Assembly (NCBI GenBank): GCA_963666875.2
Contig: CAXXPU010000003.1
Location: forward strand, 7,114-71,113
Length of the DNA: 64,000 bases
Direction of reading: 5' to 3'
Source of the DNA: Candidatus Cloacimonadales bacterium
Lineage (GTDB): Bacteria > Cloacimonadota > Cloacimonadia > Cloacimonadales > JAIOQZ01
Shown: positions 18,600 through 28,229 of the stretch, in pieces
Numbering within the stretch: position 1 is the first letter of the stretch
Layout of the letters: every line of letters starts with the position of its first letter
The notes under the pieces: model-generated
Databases searched by the model: none
What the model was told of the DNA's origin: nothing
Seen by the model: the letters and a program-made list of their open reading frames with translations, nothing else
Program-made: the position numbers and the translations under genes

Positions 18600-18989
18600 A
18601 TGAAACGTATCATGATCCTTCTGACCTTTATTGCTGTCGCGATGTCCCTGATCGCAGCGGATTCACCCGATACACGTATAATTCAGTCCGCGAATCGGAT
18701 CAAGGAACTTGCGATCCAGTCTAAATCGATTCAGAAACCGGAAGAAGCCGCCAAACTGCTCGATGCGATGCACAAGGAATTCCTCGTGGTTCTCGATGCG
18801 AACCATGAGCTGGAAGCTCAGGAAACCGAGCTGAGCGAAGCGCGCGAAGAAGAGCTGGATACCGCTCTCGTCGAGCTGCTCGACAGCATCGAAGTCATCA
18901 CCATCACCGCGACCCAGTTCATGAATGATCCCGCGGTCAGTAAATCGTTGGACGATTTTGAGGCCGAGATGGAGAAATTCGGGCAATAG
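18600..18989 (+). CDS. small secreted all-helical protein, distant paralogue of the preceding gene
   Basis: I place the start at ATG 18600 (MKRIMILLTFIAVAMSLIAA). Its size, signal peptide and helical E/K/L-rich composition match the upstream gene. Confidence 0.65.
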   Translation: MKRIMILLTFIAVAMSLIAADSPDTRIIQSANRIKELAIQSKSIQKPEEAAKLLDAMHKEFLVVLDANHELEAQETELSEAREEELDTALVELLDSIEVITITATQFMNDPAVSKSLDDFEAEMEKFGQ

Positions 18990-19057
18990 GAATTCCGATA
19001 ATCCTTGACACATCCGCTTCCCGGCAGGTTTTTACCTCGTATTCTCAGGGAGCAGAC

Positions 19058-19738
19058 ATGAGCTTGCATGAAAGAATTGAACAGGTAAAAAAAGAAATCG
19101 ACAAAGCGGCAGCCGGGCGAATGGTCACACTGGTGGCGGTCACCAAGAACCACGATGCCGGAGCTATCCGCGAAGCGCTCGATCTGGGCATCGATGTAAT
19201 CGGTGAAAATCGGGTTCAGGAAGCGGAACGAAAGCTTCCCTTACTGAAGGGCAAGTACCGCGAATTTCATTTCATCGGACACCTGCAAAGCAATAAAATC
19301 CGAAAGCTCCTTGCGCTCAAACCGACCCTGATTCACTCGATCGACAAGTATTCCACCGCCGAGAAACTGGACCAGATTCTGCAAGAGATGGATCGCGACC
19401 AGGACGTCCTGGTCGAGGTGAACACATCCGGCGAGGACTCGAAGGAAGGCATCGAGCCAAGCGACCTGCTTCCGCTTATCCGAAAGATGACAACCCTGAA
19501 ACGGGTACATGTCCGCGGTCTGATGACGATCGCTCCTTATGCCGATGATGAGAAACGCGTTCGCGCCAGCTTTCGAATGCTTCGCGAGCTGTCCGATGCC
19601 GTGAAAGATATCCCCGGTGTCGAAATGAGACACCTTTCCATGGGAATGACCCACGATTTTACCATTGCGATCGAAGAAGGCGCCACGCTCGTGCGAATCG
19701 GCACCGCGATCTTCGGCGCAAGAAATTATACGGAGTAA
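19058..19738 (+). CDS. yggS: YggS-family pyridoxal-phosphate homeostasis protein
   Basis: LVAVTKNH...IGENRVQE...FHFIGHLQSNK...VEVNTSGEDSKEG...GLMTIAP...LSMGMTHDF..AIEEGATLVRIGTAIFG. Confidence 0.9.
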   Translation: MSLHERIEQVKKEIDKAAAGRMVTLVAVTKNHDAGAIREALDLGIDVIGENRVQEAERKLPLLKGKYREFHFIGHLQSNKIRKLLALKPTLIHSIDKYSTAEKLDQILQEMDRDQDVLVEVNTSGEDSKEGIEPSDLLPLIRKMTTLKRVHVRGLMTIAPYADDEKRVRASFRMLRELSDAVKDIPGVEMRHLSMGMTHDFTIAIEEGATLVRIGTAIFGARNYTE

Positions 19739-19741
19739 TGA

Positions 19742-20389
19742 ATGACAAACGTAGTTCTGCCGATCCTGCTCATTGTCTTGTCGTACCTCTTCGGGTGCTT
19801 CTCGACGGCGAGGATCGTCGCAAAAACATTCAAGAATCTGAAAATCACCAAAGTCGGCACCGGACATCCGGACACCGCCAACATTTATTGCAATGTGAGT
19901 AAAGTACTGGGTATTTTCGTGGGGCTCCTGGACGTGACAAAGATGTATTTCTTTCTTGTCTTTCTGTATTACGCAATGTCATTCTTGCAGCTACCGTTTG
20001 CTCATTATCGCTGGCTGCTGCTCTTCGGAGCCATGACGATTATCGGACACTGTATGCCGGTTACCAGGCGATTCAAAGGCGGAAGAGGAACCTTCACCTA
20101 TCTCGGATACATCGCCTTCTTCGCGTTCTGGCCCATGGTCGTCGCATCCTTCATCGCACTCATTATTGTCTGGAAATTCAAGCAGGTGCGTTTTTCGCAA
20201 TATATGGTCGTGCTATTGCCGATCCTGCTGGTGTATATTTCCAACATGTTCGTTGCAAGAAGCCACGGTTTCGTTTTTCCCAATTTCGCAATTATATCTC
20301 CCTCTCCGAACTTCGCTTACTTCTGCTTCAGCGCCATCCTGATGGGCGTCTTGAACCTGGTTCTTTCCAAACGACTCGGGGAAATCTGA
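19742..20389 (+). CDS. plsY: glycerol-3-phosphate acyltransferase PlsY family (divergent)
   Basis: A polytopic membrane protein with GTGHPDTANIY and GHCMPVTRRFKGGRGTFTYLG, compared with the PlsY GSGN.GATN and GH..PVFL.FKGGKG motifs. Confidence 0.65.
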   Translation: MTNVVLPILLIVLSYLFGCFSTARIVAKTFKNLKITKVGTGHPDTANIYCNVSKVLGIFVGLLDVTKMYFFLVFLYYAMSFLQLPFAHYRWLLLFGAMTIIGHCMPVTRRFKGGRGTFTYLGYIAFFAFWPMVVASFIALIIVWKFKQVRFSQYMVVLLPILLVYISNMFVARSHGFVFPNFAIISPSPNFAYFCFSAILMGVLNLVLSKRLGEI

Positions 20390-20390
20390 C

Positions 20391-21503
20391 ATGTCGATCC
20401 AGATCGTGCCGGTAACCACATCAAAGCAGCTCATGCAGTTTATCAAGCTACCGTTTCGTCTGTACAAAGACGACTCGAACTGGGTTCCGCCGCTCATCAT
20501 GGATCAGAAGAACTTCTTCAACCCGAATAAGAATCCCTACTACGAGCACTCGGAAGCCCAGTTGTTCCTTGCGATGAAGGATGGGATACCGGTCGGACGC
20601 ATCAGCGCTCAGACCAACACGCAGCACAACAAGGAACACAACGACAAGGTCGGATTTTTCGGCTTCTATGAGTCGGAGAACGACCCGGAGATTGCGAGAC
20701 TCCTTCTCGATACTGCGGAGAAATGGCTGCGCAGAAAAGGCTGCGATACCGCGCGGGGGCCCATGAATTTCTCGGTCAACGACGAATGCGGTCTTCTGAT
20801 CGACGGCTTCGACACGCCGCCCTTCATTATGATGCCGCATCACCATCCGTGGTATCAGCGACTCATCACCGGCTGCGGCTACGAAAAGGTGATGGATCTG
20901 TACGCCTGGCACCTCCACGACGAAGTGATGAACGAGCGCTTGGAGAAGTTCGCCGATCGCGCGATGAAACGCGGCGGATTCACCGTACGGGAGATAGACA
21001 GGAAAAACCTCAAGCGCGATATCGAGATGGTCTTCAAGCTTTACACCAAGGCCTGGGAATACAACTGGGGCTTCGTACCCATGACGCGCGCGGAATTCGA
21101 CCATACCGTGAAAGCGCTGCTGCCGGTAGTCGATACGAGCATGGCGTTCATCGCCGAGATCGACGGCAATCCGGTGGGATTCTCCGTCGCATTGCCGGAC
21201 TACAACTTCGTCCTGAAGAAGATGAACGGACGTGTCTTCCCCTTCGGCATATTCAAAGCGCTCTACTACAAGAATAAAATCCGCCGGGCGCGAATCCTTA
21301 CGCTCGGAATCATCAAGGAATATCAGAAGCGCGGAATCGACGCCGTGTTTCATTACATGACCTACAAGAACGGTCAGGCGAAGGGCTACTACGACGGCGA
21401 ACTCTCCTGGATTCTGGAGACGAACACCGTGATGAATCAGGCAGCCGCCAAGCTGGGCGCAACCATCCACAAGACCTACAGGATATTCGAAAAGAGCCTA
21501 TGA
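20391..21503 (+). CDS. GNAT-like N-acyltransferase family protein, hypothetical
   Basis: The N-terminus IVPVTTSKQLMQFIKLPFRLYKDDSNWVPPLIMDQKNFFNP...GRISAQ follows a pattern I recall from long GNAT-family proteins. The C-terminal part has RGIDAVF-type acyl-CoA-binding-like sequence. Confidence 0.5.
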   Translation: MSIQIVPVTTSKQLMQFIKLPFRLYKDDSNWVPPLIMDQKNFFNPNKNPYYEHSEAQLFLAMKDGIPVGRISAQTNTQHNKEHNDKVGFFGFYESENDPEIARLLLDTAEKWLRRKGCDTARGPMNFSVNDECGLLIDGFDTPPFIMMPHHHPWYQRLITGCGYEKVMDLYAWHLHDEVMNERLEKFADRAMKRGGFTVREIDRKNLKRDIEMVFKLYTKAWEYNWGFVPMTRAEFDHTVKALLPVVDTSMAFIAEIDGNPVGFSVALPDYNFVLKKMNGRVFPFGIFKALYYKNKIRRARILTLGIIKEYQKRGIDAVFHYMTYKNGQAKGYYDGELSWILETNTVMNQAAAKLGATIHKTYRIFEKSL

Positions 21504-22519
21504 AACAAACACTACTCATTCTGATCCTGCTAATTTCTACCGCCGCTTTCTGCGATGAATTCCCCGATGGAACCTACGATTTTCACATCCCGGAACGACA
21601 GGTCTCCGGTATCGTATCCTCTTTCGGAGCTTTGAGCGTCACTTATTCGGACGAACCGGGACTCGTTTACAACAACCCCGCGCTGCTGGCATACGCGAAG
21701 CAAGGCGTTATCGGAACCGTTCTCAAAGTCGATTCGGATGAAAAAAAATCGTTCTCCGAAATGATCAAGTTCAACAGCATGTTTAAATCGGCACGATTCG
21801 ATTACCTGACCATCATCGGTGAAAGTTCCGGCTTCGCATACTACCCGCTGCATCGTGAATACCAAAACGATATATGGGAAGACGACGACGATTTGACGCA
21901 TCGTACGTACAAGGACTACAAGCTGGATACATTCCATCTCGGCGTCGGCGAGATCAAGAACAAGGTCGCTTGGGGTATCGGCATGAAATACCACACCGGA
22001 AGCCTTACCTACCTCACGGAGACTCTCCAGGACAGCGTGTGGGTGCGCAACGATTTTACCAAGGACGATATCGACGGCTTCTCGTTCGATCTCGGGATGC
22101 TATACAATTACAACTACTTCCGGATCGGCTTCGCGCTGTACGATTTCTATTCGCACCTCTACTGGAGAAAGCACAGCAATCAGGTATTGCAGCAACGCGC
22201 CGCGCTTGGTTTGCAGGTGGGAAACAGCGCATACAAGCTGCTCATCAGCGGACAAATGAAACTGGATAAAAAACCGGATCCGACGTATCACATCGGGCTG
22301 GAACGCGGATTTTCCTTCAGCGAAAACGAAAAGGTGCCCAACTCTTTCTTCCTTCGCTTCGGATGCTTCAGCGAGCAGTACGACAATGAGGACAATGTCT
22401 TCCAGAGTTGGGGTTTCGGTTACTACTACCAGATGATCCGGTTCGATTTCTCCATGCTGACTCACGGTTTCAAAGGAAACACCAGCCGCTACCAGCTCAG
22501 CATGTCAATGGGGCTGTAG
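21500..22519 (+). CDS. outer-membrane beta-barrel protein, hypothetical (FadL/PorV-like NPALLA motif)
   Basis: Signal peptide MKQTLLILILLISTAAFC, an early NNPALLAY motif, and alternating aromatic/hydrophilic strands. The start overlaps the upstream stop (ATGA). Confidence 0.6.
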   Translation: MKQTLLILILLISTAAFCDEFPDGTYDFHIPERQVSGIVSSFGALSVTYSDEPGLVYNNPALLAYAKQGVIGTVLKVDSDEKKSFSEMIKFNSMFKSARFDYLTIIGESSGFAYYPLHREYQNDIWEDDDDLTHRTYKDYKLDTFHLGVGEIKNKVAWGIGMKYHTGSLTYLTETLQDSVWVRNDFTKDDIDGFSFDLGMLYNYNYFRIGFALYDFYSHLYWRKHSNQVLQQRAALGLQVGNSAYKLLISGQMKLDKKPDPTYHIGLERGFSFSENEKVPNSFFLRFGCFSEQYDNEDNVFQSWGFGYYYQMIRFDFSMLTHGFKGNTSRYQLSMSMGL

Positions 22520-24412
22520 ATGCTCCAGTTCCTGAACTCCGGATTCCTCTTTCTCGCCGCCGCGGCAGCGATCCCGATCCTGATTCACCTCTTCGCCCGA
22601 CGTCGCCCGCAGGTGATTGTGTTCAGCAGCATCCGGCACATCAAGAACAGCATGCAGAAGCAGAACCGGCGTATCAACCTGAAAAACCTGCTGCTCCTGC
22701 TTATCCGAACGTTCATCATCCTCTTTACCGTCATGGCGCTGGCGAGGCCCACGCTGAAACTCGGTTTCCTGAAGAGCAGTACGCGACATCCACGTACCGC
22801 GGTCGCCATCATTCTGGACAACTCCTATTCCATGGAATATCTGGTGGATACCGGCACAGCGCTCGATATCGCGAAGAAACAAGCGCTTCAGGCCGGAAGC
22901 ATGCTCAACGAAAACGATTACACCGTCCTACTGACCCTCGATTCGCAGTGGAACCGCATCAACAGCTATCTTAAGAGCGGCGGTCCGGACGAAAAACTTA
23001 TACAGAGTATTGAAATTTCACCGACGATCGTCTCGCCCGAAAGCGCGATGGAACGCGCGGAAGAACAGCTCCGCGAATCGCAACTACCCAATCGCGAGAT
23101 ATGGTTATTCACCGATCGGCAACTTCAGCAATACCCGGAAACGACAGAAACGCCGCTGTTCGTGATCCGCATCGGCGACTACGATTCGCAGAACAACCTG
23201 AGCTGCCAGAACGCGGAACTGCGCGTCGAGCTGGTCGATCGCTCGATCGAACACGAAATCCGGTTCGACGTGGTGAATCACTCCGCGATGGATCAAACCG
23301 GCATCATCTGCCAGCTCAATCTCGATGGTCGAACCGCCCAGGAGCAGGCGATCGACGTAGCGTCCATGCAGACGAAGAACGCGATGTTCGAGGTCGCTCT
23401 CGAACAACCCGGCTGGCACAACGGCTTTGTATCCGTGAAAAACGAACGACTCCTCTACGACAACCGTAGCTGGTTCGCGTTTTATTACAAACCCGATCCG
23501 GCTGTCGCGATCCTTTCCGACGCACCCGCCTTACCGCTGGCGCTGCGATCGATCCTGGACGTCTATTCGAAGAAGATCGATTTTCTGCCGGACAATATCG
23601 ACACCGGAGACCTGGCGCCGTACGACGCGGTTCTCGTCTATCGCAAAGCCTGGTCGCCCCGCCTCGACTTCCTCTTGCAGGGCGCTTCCGCAAAGCTGCT
23701 CTTTATTGCCGATTCACTCATGTCCGACGACTGGAAGACTTTTACCAGTATTGAACTCACGGAGTATCACCACGGCTCCGCGCGCACCATCGATCAGGTC
23801 AGCGCATTTCATCCGGTCACGTCCGTGTTCGATCGGGACAAGCTGCATCGCACGCAGATCGACGGCTTCTGGGAATCGCGAACGAACGATTTTCACGGCG
23901 ACATCCTCATGCAGACCGGCAATTCGCCGCTGGCAGTCTCCACCGAAGCGGGACTGTTCTGGCTGTTCGATCCAGCAGATCTCGCCAATCCTTTCCTGCT
24001 CGATTCCGCCTTCCCGGTTTTCGCCTATCGCTGCCTGCAAGTCCAATCGACAAGCGGCATGCTGCAAAGCGACCTGCGCGTTGGAGACCTCCTGCCGCAG
24101 AACCACCGCCAAATCCAGCAGCCGGACGGATCGCAGATACGTAGCGGAATCCTTACCCAGCCCGGTATTTATCGAGACACGGAAAACGGCTCGCAACTCG
24201 CGGTCAATCTGCGCTACGATGAGAGCCGCTTCCAGCTCGCGCCGGAAAAGGGAAGGAACATCTTCTGGCTGAGCGAAAACTGGCAAAGCGAAATCCTGCA
24301 ATCGCGCTACGGATTCGAGCTTTGGAAATACCTGCTCCTCGCGGCACTCGTGCTCTTCATCCTCGAGATGCTGCTGGTGCGCAGCATGGAACGCTCCGGA
24401 GATACAAAATGA
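22520..24412 (+). CDS. BatA-domain (N-terminal double-transmembrane) protein with a C-terminal TM helix
   Basis: MLQFLNSGFLFLAAAAAIPILIHLFARRRPQVIVFSSIRHI matches the aerotolerance BatA N-terminal signature. The C-terminus has LWKYLLLAALVLFILEMLLV. The start directly abuts the upstream stop (TAGATG). Confidence 0.75.
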   Translation: MLQFLNSGFLFLAAAAAIPILIHLFARRRPQVIVFSSIRHIKNSMQKQNRRINLKNLLLLLIRTFIILFTVMALARPTLKLGFLKSSTRHPRTAVAIILDNSYSMEYLVDTGTALDIAKKQALQAGSMLNENDYTVLLTLDSQWNRINSYLKSGGPDEKLIQSIEISPTIVSPESAMERAEEQLRESQLPNREIWLFTDRQLQQYPETTETPLFVIRIGDYDSQNNLSCQNAELRVELVDRSIEHEIRFDVVNHSAMDQTGIICQLNLDGRTAQEQAIDVASMQTKNAMFEVALEQPGWHNGFVSVKNERLLYDNRSWFAFYYKPDPAVAILSDAPALPLALRSILDVYSKKIDFLPDNIDTGDLAPYDAVLVYRKAWSPRLDFLLQGASAKLLFIADSLMSDDWKTFTSIELTEYHHGSARTIDQVSAFHPVTSVFDRDKLHRTQIDGFWESRTNDFHGDILMQTGNSPLAVSTEAGLFWLFDPADLANPFLLDSAFPVFAYRCLQVQSTSGMLQSDLRVGDLLPQNHRQIQQPDGSQIRSGILTQPGIYRDTENGSQLAVNLRYDESRFQLAPEKGRNIFWLSENWQSEILQSRYGFELWKYLLLAALVLFILEMLLVRSMERSGDTK

Positions 24413-25443
24413 TTTTGAAAGAATATATCAACGCCGTGAAGAAGACTTACACCCCATCGCGACTCGGCAACCTGATCGCGGCATTCGCCGCCTACGGCGC
24501 TTCGCTGATCTTCCGCAAGCCGATCGTGTGGGGACTCCCACCCTTTCTGATGCTCGAACCGACCAACAGTTGCAACCTGAAATGCCCCATGTGCCCGTCT
24601 GGTAACGGCACTCTGAAAAGGCCCAAAGGTTTCATGGACTTCGAGCTCTACAAGAAGATAATCGACGAAATCCAGGGAAGAACCAGCCTGATCTGTTTCT
24701 GGAACCAGGGTGAGCCTTTTTTGCATCCGCGTATCATCGACATGATCCGGTACGCCTCGGACAAAGGCATCTTCACTCAAATATCAACCAACGCCAACAT
24801 TATGCCCGACGTGGACGACCTGGTGCGCTCCGGTCTCGATTCGCTGATCGTGTCGCTGGACGGCGCGCAGCAGGAGACCTACAACCGCTACCGGGTAAAC
24901 GGCGACTTCGACAAGGTAATCGAGAACGCCCGAAAGCTGATCGAGGCGAAGAAGCGCTTGAAATCAGCCACACCGGTGATCAAATGGCAATTCATCGTGA
25001 TGAAGCACAACGAGCACGAGATCGATCTTATTCGCGACCTCTCGACAAACCTCGGCGTCGATCAATTGATCCTCAAGACGGTGCAGGTCTATACGAAGGA
25101 CGATATTCGCGACTTCATGCCCGAGAATCCGAAATACCGGCGATACAAAGTCGATGGCGACCACTTCGAGCTGAAGCACGAGGTGAAGAACCGCTGCCGC
25201 CGCATCTGGAGCAATCCGGTGATCAACTGGGACGGCGAGATGGCGGTCTGCTGCTTCGATAAAGACGTCGATTTCCCGGTAGGCAACGTGAAGGATCGAC
25301 GCATCGCGGATATTTGGACGGGCAAGGCATTCAACCGCATGCGGCAATTGATCTTGAAAAATCGTAAGAAAATCCCGATGTGCCTGAATTGCGGTGAAGG
25401 CGTTAAACTGAAGATCAGCGAAAACCGTGTCCAATCCGAATAA
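24409..25443 (+). CDS. radical SAM/SPASM domain protein with an N-terminal hydrophobic segment
   Basis: I place the start at ATG 24409, an ATGA overlap with the upstream stop. CNLKCPMC is the CxxxCxxC motif. The Cys-rich tail RCRRIWSNPVINWDGEMAVCCFD...IPMCLNCGEG is SPASM-like. Confidence 0.85.
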   Translation: MILKEYINAVKKTYTPSRLGNLIAAFAAYGASLIFRKPIVWGLPPFLMLEPTNSCNLKCPMCPSGNGTLKRPKGFMDFELYKKIIDEIQGRTSLICFWNQGEPFLHPRIIDMIRYASDKGIFTQISTNANIMPDVDDLVRSGLDSLIVSLDGAQQETYNRYRVNGDFDKVIENARKLIEAKKRLKSATPVIKWQFIVMKHNEHEIDLIRDLSTNLGVDQLILKTVQVYTKDDIRDFMPENPKYRRYKVDGDHFELKHEVKNRCRRIWSNPVINWDGEMAVCCFDKDVDFPVGNVKDRRIADIWTGKAFNRMRQLILKNRKKIPMCLNCGEGVKLKISENRVQSE

Positions 25444-25445
25444 CC

Positions 25446-25475
25446 TTGACGATATTCGTGTTTGTTTGGTAAAAT
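25446..25475 (+). promoter_or_regulatory. candidate sigma70-type promoter, TTGACG-N18-TAAAAT
   Basis: TTGACG lies at 25446-25451 and TAAAAT at 25470-25475. AGGAGG at 25493 precedes ATG 25505. Confidence 0.4.
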
Positions 25476-25504
25476 AACATTAAATACCATCCAGGAGGTT
25501 CTCG

Positions 25505-25858
25505 ATGACACGTTTAATTTACGCATTGATAATAACTTCACTAATATTTTTAGCAGGATGCGAGCTGTCAAAATATAGCAAAACCGAAGTAATCGAGTTT
25601 GTTAAATCGTACGGAGACAATTACCGCAGACTCGGCAACGAGCTGAAGAGCGAGCAGGACATTGTCACGCCGTCCGGCTCGAATTCCGAAATGAAATGGA
25701 AGCTCTCGCACAAGGGTAAAGATTTATTTCGTGTTCGAGTCATCATCCTTGTCGATGACATCGAACAGAGTGAACTCGAATTTGAAGTCGATATGCGCAA
25801 CAAGACCATAACCGGGCTGAATGAACTGGCGGAGAAGGTCATGCGCAAATTCGACTGA
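25505..25858 (+). CDS. small lipoprotein, hypothetical
   Basis: MTRLIYALIITSLIFLAGC carries a canonical L-A-G-C lipobox. Confidence 0.7.
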   Translation: MTRLIYALIITSLIFLAGCELSKYSKTEVIEFVKSYGDNYRRLGNELKSEQDIVTPSGSNSEMKWKLSHKGKDLFRVRVIILVDDIEQSELEFEVDMRNKTITGLNELAEKVMRKFD

Positions 25859-25880
25859 AGCATATTGAACGGAGGATTTC

Positions 25881-28229
25881 ATGCCACGCCTGAGACCGGG
25901 CACTGATCGCTATCTCGAATATCCAGTCATACCGCTGCGCAACGCGCTGATGGTTCCGTATGTAATCACGCCGATCCTGGTGGGTCGAGCCGGATCGCTC
26001 GATGCGCTCGAGCAAGCCTATCTCGGCGACAAGATGGTTGTCTGCGTAACGCAGAAGAACAACCTGCAAAACGAGGACGATCCACCCGCGAAAGACATGT
26101 ATCGCTATGGAACCATTTGCACGGTTCTTCAGATTTTCCGCATGCCAGACGGCAATGTGCGGGCGCTGATCGAAGGGCGCCAACGGATAACCGTCCAACG
26201 CTTCAAACGCACGAAGAAGATCATGAAAGCGCAGGTCGTCCCCGCCGGATTCATCCCCGGCAACATCGATCAAGAGCAGGAAGCGCTGGTTCGGTCGCTG
26301 AAGAAGTCGTTTCAGGAATACGTACACCTGTCGCGCACCATCCCGGAAGAATCGCTGATTCCGCTTAACGAGATCGAGAAGCCGGAAGAATTTTTCTACT
26401 ACGTGCTTACCAACATCGATATCGACCTCAAGACGAAGCAATTCATCTTCGAGATCGACGATTTCCATACAGCCATTGGCGAGCTTTACGAGCTACTGGT
26501 GAACGAGATCGAGATTCTCAAGCTCGAGAAGAATATCGACATCAAGGTCAAGGGTAAGCTCGGGAAGCTTCAGCGCGAATACTATCTGCATGAACAGCTC
26601 AAGATCATCCACAAGGAGCTGGGCATCTCCGAAGAGGAACAGGAAGACCTGCTCCGCTTCAAGCAGCTTCTGGAAGACACACCCCTGAACGAGGACGCAC
26701 GAAAACACGCGCAAGAGGAAATCAAACGACTCTCGCGCCTGACGCCGCACGCACAGGAATACTCCGTCGTATATCACTATCTCACATGGATCTTCGATCT
26801 GCCGTGGAAGAAACCGGCCCAGACGTCGATCGATATCGGAAAAGCGCGAACCATTCTCGACGAAGACCACTACGGACTCGAGAAGGTGAAGGAGCGCATC
26901 CTCGAACACCTGGCGGTGATCAAACTGGCAGGAAGCTCGAAGGGGCAGATACTCTGCTTCGTAGGGCCTCCCGGTGTGGGAAAGACATCACTGGGCAAAT
27001 CGATCGCGCGCGCCCTGGGCAGGAAATTCGTTCGGCTTTCGCTGGGCGGCGTACGGGACGAAGCCGAGATCCGCGGTCACCGCAGGACCTACATCGGCGC
27101 GCTGCCGGGCGTCATCATCCAGAGCATGAAGAAGGCCGGCACCACCAATCCGCTGATCATGATGGACGAGGTCGATAAGATGAGTGTCGATTTCCGCGGC
27201 GATCCTTCGGCTGCATTGCTGGAAGTGCTCGACGCGGAGCAGAATCACGAGTTCCGCGACCACTACCTCGATTTCAGCTACGATCTTTCCAATGTGCTCT
27301 TCATCACCACGGCCAACCAGCTTGGACCCATCCCGAAGCCGCTGATCGACCGCATGGAAGTTATTCATATTCCGGGCTATACCCGCATCGAGAAGCTGCA
27401 TATCGCCGAACGCCATCTGGTGCCGAAGCAATTCGAACACCACAGCCTGAACGACCATCTCGACCTGCGCTTCGAGAAGAAAGCGCTACAGGATATCATC
27501 GAGAAATACACGCGCGAGGCAGGCGTCCGCGATCTGGAGCGCAAGGTCTCGACCATCATCCGCAAGGTGATCCGAACCTATCTCGAAAAGACGTCGAAGA
27601 AAAATTTCGCGATCAAGCCGTCGAACCTCTCGACCTGGCTGGGCGTACCGCATTACCTCTATCCGGAGATAGATCGCGAGCCGCAGGTCGGCATCGTGAC
27701 CGGACTCGCCTGGACAGCGCAGGGCGGCGAAATCCTTCAAGTGGAAGTCATCCGCATGTGCGGCGAAGGCAAGGTCACCCTGACCGGCAAACTAGGCGAT
27801 GTGATGAAGGAATCGGCGCAGGCTGCGTTCAGTTATGCGCGTCTGCATGCCGAAGAACTTGGTATCGAATCCGATTGCCACAAGAAGTGGGATCTGCATC
27901 TGCATATCCCGGAAGGCTCCATCCCCAAGGACGGACCTTCTGCCGGCGTCACCATCACCACCGCCATCGTCTCGGCGCTTTCAGGCCTGAAGGTCGATTG
28001 CAACCTCGCCATGACAGGAGAGATTACCCTTTCCGGTAAGGTGCTGCCTATCGGCGGTTTGGAGGAGAAGCTCATCGCCGCGAAGCAAGCCGGGATCAAT
28101 CGCGTGATCGTGCCGCGGAAGAACGAACCGCGCATCGGCGAGATCAAATCGGAAGTGCTCAAAGGCATGGAGATCGTCTTCGTCGATCGGATTGAAGAGG
28201 TGCTCGAAATCGCGCTGATCCGTCCATGA
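25881..28229 (+). CDS. lon: ATP-dependent Lon protease
   Basis: Lon N-domain, Walker A GPPGVGKTS, DEVDK, and the protease domain PKDGPSAGVTI..A with the catalytic Ser; 782 aa. Confidence 0.97.
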   Translation: MPRLRPGTDRYLEYPVIPLRNALMVPYVITPILVGRAGSLDALEQAYLGDKMVVCVTQKNNLQNEDDPPAKDMYRYGTICTVLQIFRMPDGNVRALIEGRQRITVQRFKRTKKIMKAQVVPAGFIPGNIDQEQEALVRSLKKSFQEYVHLSRTIPEESLIPLNEIEKPEEFFYYVLTNIDIDLKTKQFIFEIDDFHTAIGELYELLVNEIEILKLEKNIDIKVKGKLGKLQREYYLHEQLKIIHKELGISEEEQEDLLRFKQLLEDTPLNEDARKHAQEEIKRLSRLTPHAQEYSVVYHYLTWIFDLPWKKPAQTSIDIGKARTILDEDHYGLEKVKERILEHLAVIKLAGSSKGQILCFVGPPGVGKTSLGKSIARALGRKFVRLSLGGVRDEAEIRGHRRTYIGALPGVIIQSMKKAGTTNPLIMMDEVDKMSVDFRGDPSAALLEVLDAEQNHEFRDHYLDFSYDLSNVLFITTANQLGPIPKPLIDRMEVIHIPGYTRIEKLHIAERHLVPKQFEHHSLNDHLDLRFEKKALQDIIEKYTREAGVRDLERKVSTIIRKVIRTYLEKTSKKNFAIKPSNLSTWLGVPHYLYPEIDREPQVGIVTGLAWTAQGGEILQVEVIRMCGEGKVTLTGKLGDVMKESAQAAFSYARLHAEELGIESDCHKKWDLHLHIPEGSIPKDGPSAGVTITTAIVSALSGLKVDCNLAMTGEITLSGKVLPIGGLEEKLIAAKQAGINRVIVPRKNEPRIGEIKSEVLKGMEIVFVDRIEEVLEIALIRP

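Noticed and set aside
13475-25443. PQQ-like or RiPP cluster, suggested by an M16 peptidase together with a radical SAM/SPASM enzyme.
   Set aside because: The two genes are 8 kb apart, on opposite strands and in different operons. I could find no small precursor-like ORF next to either.
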